From a virus (lineage: Duplodnaviria > Caudoviricetes), in IMG/VR virus record IMGVR_UViG_2918249483_000002, positions 20,715 through 84,714 of that record: a stretch of DNA of 64,000 bases. One strand, written 5' to 3'. This document shows positions 56,439-64,000 of this stretch, one piece after another. Under the pieces are notes generated by a model. The model made no database searches and was not told the origin of the DNA. It saw only the letters and a program-made list of their open reading frames with translations. The position numbers and the translations under genes are program-made. Numbering within the stretch: position 1 is the first letter of the stretch; each line of letters opens with the position of its first letter.

Positions 56439-56577
56439 CACCCCCATTCCTGACCCGGGCCAGGACCGCCGTCGGCGAAAGCCGACCACCCGCGCGAGGT
56501 GATGGCGGCGGAACGTCCGGGATGCGCTTCCGCCGCCTATCGCGCCCCAGTTTCGCCCCTGATCCCGAGGATCCATC

Positions 56578-56904
56578 ATGGCCCATCTCTATAACGGCGC
56601 GCCCAATGGCCGCCAAGCCGGCGAGATCCAGCCGAGCCGCTTCCGCCCGCAGTATCGCGCTCTGTCCGACGAGGAGAAGGCGCTCCACGACGCCATCAAG
56701 GGCAAGGCTTCCGAGCTTGAGGATCTGTTCGAACGCGCCCGTGCGCTTCGCACTCCGGTTCTGGAGCCGATCACCATCCAGCCCGGCGAGCCCATTGAGA
56801 TGCTCATGGGCGCCACCCTGTCCTTCGACACCGACTACTTCGCCGAGGGCATGAAGGCGCTGGAGCTCTCGGTGATGTGGACGGTCAAGGGCCTGACGGC
56901 CTGA
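56578..56904 (+). CDS. Acb2/Tad1-like helical-hairpin protein (candidate nucleotide-signal sponge)
   Basis: YRALSDEEKALHDAIKGKASELE..Y.A.G..ALELSVMW.VK.LT resembles Acb2 YRDLSQEE..RVK.. Confidence 0.65.
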   Translation: MAHLYNGAPNGRQAGEIQPSRFRPQYRALSDEEKALHDAIKGKASELEDLFERARALRTPVLEPITIQPGEPIEMLMGATLSFDTDYFAEGMKALELSVMWTVKGLTA

Positions 56905-56909
56905 TCATC

Positions 56910-57125
56910 ATGCACGTCAAGCACACCGATCCCGGAGCTTACCGATTCCGCATCCTCGATGCGGAGACCGGTGAGCAGGTCAAGCACGCGCTCGAAGCTG
57001 ACGATGCCGCCGGCTGGTACACCGCCCACAAGGTCGGCCCGGACGGACGCCTCATCCGTACGGCTGACGGCGACAGCTACGTGGTCGAGCGCATCGAGCG
57101 CGCCATCCGCATCGAGACGACCTGA
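56910..57125 (+). CDS. hypothetical protein
   Basis: 71 aa, ILDAETGE..EADD..GW. Confidence 0.6.
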   Translation: MHVKHTDPGAYRFRILDAETGEQVKHALEADDAAGWYTAHKVGPDGRLIRTADGDSYVVERIERAIRIETT

Positions 57126-57185
57126 GGGCTCATCCCTCCCGCGGGTCTCAGTCTGAACCATTCATTCCATCCCGGAGACACCATC

Positions 57186-58034
57186 ATGTCGATCCTGTTG
57201 AACACCCGTGCGCCCGTCCGCTTCATCCCCCTGATCGATCAGATCACCAAAGCCCGCGAAACGCTGGCCGATGCCGAGCATGTCCTCGCCGAGGCGACGG
57301 CGAAGAGTGCTGCAGCGCCTAAAGACATCGATCTCCTGGAAGCCCTGGACAGTGCCGGCGACGATGTGGTCGCTGCGCAGGAAGCGCTCGACAAACTGGA
57401 GCGCGAGCTGGCCGAGAACCCCACGCAGCCCGTCTACCTGCTGCGCGTCCCGACCTACCGCACCAACGATCAACTGGTGACCATGTCGCTGGAGTTGCCG
57501 CAGGCGCCGACCGATCGTCGGATGTTCCGCGCGATCCAGAAGGCGGCGGAGGCCGGCGTCATTGATCTGGACGATCCCGATCTGCTCGCCGTCGAGGCCG
57601 GGCTGAAGACGTCCGGTGCCGGCGTCCCCGAAGACCTGACCGGCGCGTTCCAGAATCTCTTCGACCTCGCAAGCGATCACCCGACCGTGCGGCAGACCAT
57701 CGTGGCCCGGCACAAGGCCAACTCGCAGGATCGGACGCTGATGCTGCGTTTCCACCTCGTCGGGTGGGAGGGCGTCGTCGTCGACGATGTTCCGGTCCCC
57801 TTCGCGTCGTCGGGCGACTTGGCGGATGAAGGCGTGATCGACGTGATCCCGCCCGCCGACATTCTCGCCATCATCAACAAGGTGCGGGAGATGAACAGCG
57901 TCCGGAAGCGGACGGGAAACTTCTCCGGCTTGCCGTCGCTGTCGCCGTCGAGCCCAAGCGATTCGCCGGCAGCGCCGACCAACCCGGAGCCGGCGGCGGC
58001 CGAAGTTCAGGCGCTGGATCCGGCGCAGGCCTGA
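57186..58034 (+). CDS. tail assembly chaperone (G)
   Basis: Between tail tube and TMP; LVGWEGV motif; contains in-frame G GGA AAC at 57914-57920. Confidence 0.75.
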   Translation: MSILLNTRAPVRFIPLIDQITKARETLADAEHVLAEATAKSAAAPKDIDLLEALDSAGDDVVAAQEALDKLERELAENPTQPVYLLRVPTYRTNDQLVTMSLELPQAPTDRRMFRAIQKAAEAGVIDLDDPDLLAVEAGLKTSGAGVPEDLTGAFQNLFDLASDHPTVRQTIVARHKANSQDRTLMLRFHLVGWEGVVVDDVPVPFASSGDLADEGVIDVIPPADILAIINKVREMNSVRKRTGNFSGLPSLSPSSPSDSPAAPTNPEPAAAEVQALDPAQA

Positions 58035-58393
58035 GGGAAACCTGGACGGTGTTCGGGGAGCGGTATCTCACCAATCCCCGGCACTGGATACCCTCTTGGG
58101 TCTGGCCCCTGATCGGGCTCTGGCGGCTTAGCCAGGGCGGTATGGGAGCCGGGCATCTTCCGGAAGGGCCGGCAACGCTGGACCAGAATCCCGCCCTCAT
58201 GGAGGCTTTCGGCATCATGTCCGCCGCGGAGGCTGAACTGCGGGATGAAGACAAGCCCGGTCATTGGTCGCAGCAGGACATCGACGCCTATGAACTCGCC
58301 AAGGATAAGGCTCTGCAGCTTTACCCGGACGGCGAGGCCAAGGGTGCCTTGCTGGAAGCCGTGATGAAGGCGAGAGGGAGCCATGGCGCTTGA
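57914..58393 (+). CDS. tail assembly chaperone frameshift extension (T part of GT)
   Basis: -1 frame from the slippery site is open (GKLLRLAVAVAVEPKRF..WTVFGERYLTNPRH..GHLP..LDQ) to stop 58393. Confidence 0.75.
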   Translation, partial: GKLLRLAVAVAVEPKRFAGSADQPGAGGGRSSGAGSGAGLRETWTVFGERYLTNPRHWIPSWVWPLIGLWRLSQGGMGAGHLPEGPATLDQNPALMEAFGIMSAAEAELRDEDKPGHWSQQDIDAYELAKDKALQLYPDGEAKGALLEAVMKARGSHGA

Positions 58394-59036
58394 CCCGGTT
58401 CTTCGCAGCTATGTGAAGGGTGCCTTCGGCAACAGTCCCGGCATCCAGGCGTTTGAGCGCTCTGTCCAGCTTGCATTCGCGGGCGCTGAGGCGGAGATCA
58501 AGAAGCTGGTGGTGGCCGAGGTGCACCGGCAACTGGGGCGGGCTGTTCAGGAGAGCAGCCCCTCCAGCGTCGCACAGTGGATCGACGGAGTGCAGGGCGC
58601 GCCGATTGAAAGCATCCGGTTCAACGGCGTCGCCTACTTCCGCTTCGGCTACATCGGCAACCTTGTGACCGAGGCGGTGCAGTTGCTGGAAGGGGCTACT
58701 CCGGTGAAAACCGGGCAACTCGTCGAGAGCTACATCGTGCTCGTGAATGGCGAGAAGTTCAGCGGGTACGGGGCGGCCGATTACCGGATGATCCCGCAGG
58801 ATGCGGAAATCGTCATCACCAACAAGATGTATTACACGGGGCGGGTTGAGGCTGGGAAGAAGCGCACAGGTGAACCGTGGTCGGCCCATGCGCCGCTCGG
58901 CGTGCTTCGACCCGTGGCCGAATACCTTCGGCGTCGCTGGGCTCGGTTCGCCACGGTCCAGTACGCCTGGAGCAATTTCTCTGGACTGGAAGGCCCAAGC
59001 CGGCGGCCGTCGATCCTGATCAAGGCGAAATGGTGA
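58383..59036 (+). CDS. HK97 gp10-like tail/neck protein
   Basis: TPVKTG..S..ITN..Y..RVE.G motif. Confidence 0.55.
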   Translation: MALDPVLRSYVKGAFGNSPGIQAFERSVQLAFAGAEAEIKKLVVAEVHRQLGRAVQESSPSSVAQWIDGVQGAPIESIRFNGVAYFRFGYIGNLVTEAVQLLEGATPVKTGQLVESYIVLVNGEKFSGYGAADYRMIPQDAEIVITNKMYYTGRVEAGKKRTGEPWSAHAPLGVLRPVAEYLRRRWARFATVQYAWSNFSGLEGPSRRPSILIKAKW

Positions 59037-59144
59037 TACCGGACCTTTCTGGTGTTTCACCACCCTTCATCGACCTGATGCGATTCCTTTCCGACAGGGC
59101 GCCCGGCTATGCCGAGGCGCCCTCATTCGTTCTTGGGGGCAGGC

Positions 59145-62100
59145 ATGGCAGCTGAGTCGCGGCTTCTCGACCTTACGGTTTCCGCCGAAGGTGTTGCTGC
59201 CGGAGTCAATCAGGCCAAGTCCTTCTTGGCTTCGCTGGTCGGCGATCTCGGAAAGGCGAGTTCGGCTGCCATCGAAACGAACGTCAAGATTCGTGACGCA
59301 GGCGCCGGGGTCGGTCGAGCATTTGCCGGTATCGCCAAGGAGCTGCTTCCCGCGGCCGATGGGCTATCGAGGATTGCTCGTCAAGTCGATGCGGTGACTC
59401 AGGCGCAGGAACGTGGCGCCGCAGGTCACAGGCAGGCCGCCGACATGATCGGCCGGCTCAAGGACGGCCTCAACGTCGCTCAAACCGGCTATGTCGACCT
59501 TGCACGTGCGGCAACGCAGACCGAGAAGGCCATCAGTTCGGCTTACAGGTCCGGAAAAATCGGCGCCGACGAGTTCAAAACCTCCATCCTGGCAACGCGC
59601 GAAGCCGTGTATGAACAGGCCGCTGCAGTTCAGCGCCTTGCGGATAAGGAGCGCGCGCAAGCTCAGGCCCGCATTGCCCAAGAACGCGAAATCAAAGCGC
59701 TCGCGGCAGAGCGGATCGCTGCTGAGGCGCGCGCCGCTGCAGGGCAGGCGAGCGTAAATCGCACATTGGGTGTGCGGCACGGGCCAGATCTTGTTGGAGC
59801 GGCTCGTGACGATTATGCCGCCGACGTTGCGCGCCTGTTGGCTGAACAGGACCAAGCGCTCAGCGTCGCGAGCTCCAAATCCCAGAAGCTGGTCAACGAG
59901 CTGCTCGGTGTGCGGTACCTGGCGCCGCTGGCGGCCGAGGTCGAAGCGGATTACGCGGCCTTCTGGGGTGCGATCGCCGACAAGCAGGACCAGGCTATCG
60001 TTGCAGCCGCTGGGCGTTCGCAAAAGGCGGTCAATGAACTGCTTGGCGTCCGGCATTTCGCACCGCTGGCGGCCGAGGCCGAAGCGGAATACGCGGCCTT
60101 CTGGTCCGAGGTTGTTGGGAAACAAGAGCAGGCCAGCGTCGCCGCCGCCGGCCAGTCCCAGAAGCTGGTCAACGAGCTGCTCGGTGTGCGGTACCTCGGC
60201 TCCCTTGGAAAGCAGGTTGAACGGGACTACGAAGCAACCTGGGAACGGCTCCTTCAGGAACAGGAAGAGGCCACGGAGCGAGCTGCTCAGAAAGCGGCGG
60301 AGGCGAATGCCAAACTGGCAACGTCGTACAAGCAGGTCATGGCCTCGATCGACCCGGCGATCGCGCAGCAGCAGAAGTACGACAGCGCGCTCGCCGATCT
60401 CCGCGCAGGAGCGGCAGCGGCTGGGCGGTCAGCGGAAGAACTGGCCGCTGACGAGATGCGTCTCGCCGCATCCATGTCGCCCGCTGCTCTTGCTGCGAAG
60501 AAGGAGGCTGACGCGCTTGAGGCGTTGAAGGCGCGTGCGGATCCGGCCTCAGCCGCGCTGCGGCGCCTCGCCCAGGATCAGGCGGCCCTAGATGCGGCGC
60601 ATGCTGCAGGAAAGCTCGATCCGGACGAATACACGACCTACACGGCGGCAATCCAACGACATCGGAACATCGTCGAGCAGTCGACTGCCAGCCAGAAGGC
60701 GATGACCAATGCCGTCGGGCTGAACAAGGCCCAAATGCAGGCGTTGGCGCCGCAGATCAACGATGTGGTCAGCGGGTTGATCATGGGGCAACCACCCATG
60801 ATGATTTTCACCCAGCAGTCCGGCCAGATCGTCCAGGCCCTGCAGGCGGGTGGGGCGGAGCTGCCGAAGTTCTCTCTCGGCATGGGGGTGGTCGCGGCGG
60901 GGGCAGTCGCTGTAGCTGCCGGCTTGGCAACAGCGATCTACGGTGCTTATCGCTTCACCAGTGATTTGAGGGAATTCGAGAGAGCGGTTCGTCTGACCGG
61001 CAGCGCTACCAGCATCACGTCGCACGGACTTTCCGAAATGGCGGTGCAAATTGCCGCCACCCAACATATATCGCGCGCCGCCACGCGGGAAGTGGCGACA
61101 GCCTATGCTGCGACCGGCAAGGTCGGTGCCGATGTATTGGGGGGGCTTACTGCCGCAACGAAGAATTGGGCATCTGCCACAGGACAGGAGGTCGGAGACG
61201 CTACCAAAGAACTGGCTGGGTTGTTCGTGGACCCTGCTAAGGGCGCCGACACCCTGATCGACCGCTACGGCCTGCTCGACGACTCCCAGCGCAAGCTGAT
61301 CCGGAACTATCAGGCGCAGGGCAACCTGGAGCAGGCGCAGGTCGTCATGCTGCGCGCGATCGAGGACCGCGCGGAGGGAGCGGCCGACCGCATCAACAAG
61401 GTCGCCGCCGCCTGGGAGCGCGTCAAGAAATGGACCAGCGACAAGGTCGATCAGGTCGGCGAGCGGGCCGTCGAGACCATCAGCCCGAGCCGCGACACCG
61501 AGATCCGGGACCTTGAGGCGAGCCTCGCCGGATCGATGTGGTCGGGGAAGCGAGCCCGCAAGCAGGCCCGGCTGGATGAGCTTCGCGGCGAGGAGCGCGA
61601 CGACGCCATCAAGAAGTGGGAGCTCGGCGTCCGCACGGAATACAATCGCCTGTCCGCCGCCGCGGGCGACTTCGCCCGCTCGGTCGATCCGGCCATCGCC
61701 GCCTCCACGAATTTCGCGAACGCGGAAGGTCTCATCAACCGGGCGCTCGATGTCGGCGCCGTCAAGAAGGAGGAGGCGGCGCGCCTCCTCGGGCTCTACC
61801 GCAAGCAACTCCTTGACTCCATCGACCCGGCCAAGGCGTTCGCCGACGAGATGGAGCGGCAGGCGCGCGTCATGGAGGCCGCCGCCGGTCGGGCGCGCGA
61901 CTTCGAGATCCAGCGCCAACAGATTCTCCAGAAGCCCGGCCGGCTGTCCAGCGACAGCCTGACGCCGGACGAGACGGCAAAGATCAATGCCGGCCTGGAT
62001 CGGAAGTACGCGGCTGAGGCGGCCGACCGGCACCGCACCGCGCAGGAGGCGATCCAGGACGCCAAGGCGCTCGGCGCCGCGACCGCCAGCCTGTCCCAGC

Positions 62101-64000
62101 CGGCCCTCGTCGCGGCACAGGCGCAGGCCGTGTTCTTCGACGTGCTCCGGAAGACGTCGGACTACAAGAAGGCCAAGCAGGCGGAAGACGACGCCTACAC
62201 CAAGGGCATGGTCGAGTGGTCGGCGCAGGTCGACGCGTCGGTCAAGACATCCGTCCTGGCCGTGGACGCCGCCCGGCGGCTGGCCGAGGCGCAGGCGCAG
62301 GGCGGGGTCATCGCCACCGCGCAGGCCCAGGCGCAGAACGTCCACGCCGAGCAGGTCGCGCGCGGTGTCGATCCGGTCCGCGCCCTGGCGCTCGCCAACG
62401 CCGACTATCAGAAGTCGCTGGCGAGCCTCGCCGGGCAGCAAGCCGCCTGGAACCGCGACATCGGGGAGCAGATCGAGGGCGCGCAGCGGCTGGCGCGGGC
62501 GGAGGCCGTCTCCGGTGCCGCCGTGGCCGAGGCGAACATCCAGAACAAGGTCCGCGCGCAGGTCCTGAAGGAAGGCGTCTCGGCCGAGAGCGCGCGGGCG
62601 CAGGCGATCGAGGCCGGCACCCGCGCGCTGGAGGCGCAGAACGCCGTTGCCCGCGTCAACGCCTCCATCCGCCAGGGCAACCAGGATCTGGATCTGGCGC
62701 GGGCCGAGTTCGAGCTGCTCGGCCGGTCGAACGCCGAGCGTGAGCGCACCATCGCCATCCTGAAGGCGACGCTGGAGGTCCAGAACTCCGGCGATTGGGC
62801 GCAGGTGCCGCAGGAGACCCGCGACGCCTGGGTGGCGCAGGCCGGGGCGGTGGCCGAGTATCAGGCCCGCATCGCCGACGCCACCGAGACCAGCCGCGAC
62901 TTCGCCAACGTCATCACCCAGGGCTTCGAGGACGCCCTTGTGTCCGGCGGCAAGCTGGGCGACCTGCTGAAGGGGCTGGAAGCCGACATCAAGCGCATCG
63001 TCGTGCGCGGTGTCATCACCAAGCCGCTGGAAACCTACCTGACCGGCAACCTGACCAAGCTGCTCGCCGGCACCCCGCCGGGCGACAGCCAGGTCAAGCC
63101 GGTCACGGCGTCGGACCCCGGCGGCTACAAGGCCCTGTTCGACAAGCTGTCGGGCGGTGCCGGTGCGCTGGGCAGCCAGTCGAACCCCATGTGGATCCGC
63201 ATGTCGGCCGGCGCTCCGGCGCTGGACGTCAGCCAGTTCAGCGGCGGCGCGGCCCTCCCGGTGGCCGTCCAGGATGGCGGCGCCATCGTCGACGCCATCC
63301 GCTCGGAGGCGCGGGCGCAGGGTGTGCCGGAGGAAGTCGCGCTCGCCATCGGCCGGATCGAGAGCGGGCTCCAACAGTACCGTGCCGACGGCTCTGTTCT
63401 GCGCTCGTCCGCCGGCGCCATGGGCGTCATGCAACTCATGCCCGGCACGGCGCAGTGGCTGGGCGTGGATGCCTCCGACACGCGCGACAACATCCGGGGC
63501 GGCGTCAAGTTCCTGGCGCAGCTCGGTCGGCAGTTCGGCGGGGACTGGTCGCAGGTTGCGGGCGCCTACAACGCCGGCCCCGGTCGGATGACGCAATACC
63601 TCCAGCAGGGCCGCGCTCTGCCGGCCGAAGCCGTCACCTACATCGAGAAATTCGGCTCGTCGGTCCAGACGGCCAACGCCGCCGTGGTGGGGCTGGCCGC
63701 CCCGGTCCAATCCATGGCGATGGCGCAGACGGCGCAGGTCCGGGCGCAGCAGGCGGGCGCCACCGCGACGCAGGCGCTGTCCGAGGGGCAGCAGGATGCG
63801 GTGTCGGCGGCGCTCGCGGCGGTCCGTGGGATGGATGCGGTCCGGGGCACCGCCGAGGACGTGGACGCCCGTTGGAGCGCCGTGTCGGATTCGTCGACGA
63901 CGGCGGTCCAGAAGATGGCGGACGCCCAGCGCCGCGCGGCCGATACCATGGCCGGCGGCGCGGCGGTGTTCGCCAGCGGCGCGCAGCAGGCCGGCGCCTA
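59145..64000 (+). CDS. tail tape measure protein with lytic transglycosylase domain (runs off window end)
   Basis: Not in track (no stop in window). MAAESRLLDL.. Ala/Gln-rich helical; LAPQINDVVSGL..GQ.P..QQ.GQI lambda TMP motif; SLT motifs IES, GAMGVMQLMPGT, NI.GG, AYNAGPG at ~63280-63660. Confidence 0.92.
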   Translation, partial: MAAESRLLDLTVSAEGVAAGVNQAKSFLASLVGDLGKASSAAIETNVKIRDAGAGVGRAFAGIAKELLPAADGLSRIARQVDAVTQAQERGAAGHRQAADMIGRLKDGLNVAQTGYVDLARAATQTEKAISSAYRSGKIGADEFKTSILATREAVYEQAAAVQRLADKERAQAQARIAQEREIKALAAERIAAEARAAAGQASVNRTLGVRHGPDLVGAARDDYAADVARLLAEQDQALSVASSKSQKLVNELLGVRYLAPLAAEVEADYAAFWGAIADKQDQAIVAAAGRSQKAVNELLGVRHFAPLAAEAEAEYAAFWSEVVGKQEQASVAAAGQSQKLVNELLGVRYLGSLGKQVERDYEATWERLLQEQEEATERAAQKAAEANAKLATSYKQVMASIDPAIAQQQKYDSALADLRAGAAAAGRSAEELAADEMRLAASMSPAALAAKKEADALEALKARADPASAALRRLAQDQAALDAAHAAGKLDPDEYTTYTAAIQRHRNIVEQSTASQKAMTNAVGLNKAQMQALAPQINDVVSGLIMGQPPMMIFTQQSGQIVQALQAGGAELPKFSLGMGVVAAGAVAVAAGLATAIYGAYRFTSDLREFERAVRLTGSATSITSHGLSEMAVQIAATQHISRAATREVATAYAATGKVGADVLGGLTAATKNWASATGQEVGDATKELAGLFVDPAKGADTLIDRYGLLDDSQRKLIRNYQAQGNLEQAQVVMLRAIEDRAEGAADRINKVAAAWERVKKWTSDKVDQVGERAVETISPSRDTEIRDLEASLAGSMWSGKRARKQARLDELRGEERDDAIKKWELGVRTEYNRLSAAAGDFARSVDPAIAASTNFANAEGLINRALDVGAVKKEEAARLLGLYRKQLLDSIDPAKAFADEMERQARVMEAAAGRARDFEIQRQQILQKPGRLSSDSLTPDETAKINAGLDRKYAAEAADRHRTAQEAIQDAKALGAATASLSQPALVAAQAQAVFFDVLRKTSDYKKAKQAEDDAYTKGMVEWSAQVDASVKTSVLAVDAARRLAEAQAQGGVIATAQAQAQNVHAEQVARGVDPVRALALANADYQKSLASLAGQQAAWNRDIGEQIEGAQRLARAEAVSGAAVAEANIQNKVRAQVLKEGVSAESARAQAIEAGTRALEAQNAVARVNASIRQGNQDLDLARAEFELLGRSNAERERTIAILKATLEVQNSGDWAQVPQETRDAWVAQAGAVAEYQARIADATETSRDFANVITQGFEDALVSGGKLGDLLKGLEADIKRIVVRGVITKPLETYLTGNLTKLLAGTPPGDSQVKPVTASDPGGYKALFDKLSGGAGALGSQSNPMWIRMSAGAPALDVSQFSGGAALPVAVQDGGAIVDAIRSEARAQGVPEEVALAIGRIESGLQQYRADGSVLRSSAGAMGVMQLMPGTAQWLGVDASDTRDNIRGGVKFLAQLGRQFGGDWSQVAGAYNAGPGRMTQYLQQGRALPAEAVTYIEKFGSSVQTANAAVVGLAAPVQSMAMAQTAQVRAQQAGATATQALSEGQQDAVSAALAAVRGMDAVRGTAEDVDARWSAVSDSSTTAVQKMADAQRRAADTMAGGAAVFASGAQQAGA
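59754..60305 (+). repeat. four tandem 138-bp (46-aa) repeats in the TMP
   Basis: VN..LGVR units start at 59754, 59892, 60030, 60168; ~41 bp identical between 59880 and 60156. Confidence 0.88.

Larger units (their letters stand above)
1..64000. mobile_element. Lambda-like siphovirus prophage (both ends outside the window)
   Basis: Canonical order of leftward early operon, repressor/cro switch, replication, cos/terS/terL(GpA), gpW, lambda portal, protease-capsid fusion, tail tube, chaperone and tape measure; no host housekeeping context seen. Confidence 0.95.

Noticed and set aside
59754-60305. TMP repeats as DGR template/variable repeats
   Set aside because: In-frame tandem coding repeats, differences not adenine-specific, no reverse transcriptase in window
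60588-63710. 1040-aa minus-strand ORF
   Set aside because: Antisense shadow of the tape measure gene, which is open on the plus strand to the window end

Overview
The whole window is the interior of a large, apparently intact lambda-like (siphovirus, GpA-terminase/cos-type) prophage in a high-GC alphaproteobacterium. An Azospirillum-like host is inferred from the GapR homolog and codon usage. Integrase/att sites, lysis genes and distal tail genes are not visible here. From left to right: (1) a leftward early operon (1-5.7 kb) with a C5 DNA methyltransferase, two tRNAs, an unannotated Arg-rich 48-aa peptide and a ~2 kb highly structured RNA region containing a repeated, covarying bulged hairpin; (2) a ~6 kb accessory block between OL and a peptidase-less repressor (WYL-like, DnaQ-BRCT, RHH, EamA, PAS-PAS-LuxR, GRDP/DUF1399-like); (3) cI/cro with CGCGAWWWATCGCG operators; (4) a rightward early/replication operon (CII, VRR-NUC, beta clamp, GapR, HNH, three more methyltransferases, SNF2 helicase, DndC-like PAPS reductase, initiator); (5) a mosaic accessory zone (HD hydrolase, TnpC-like pseudogene, BrnTA, an ATP-dependent ligase module under its own four-operator switch, HigBA); (6) a lambda-like cos site; (7) terS separated from terL by a 5.6 kb operon; and (8) head and tail genes interrupted by a glycosyltransferase-like gene, a nucleotide-processing trio and an Acb2/Tad1-like sponge. 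The window ends inside the tape measure gene. All product calls come from motifs recognised by eye; no searches were run.
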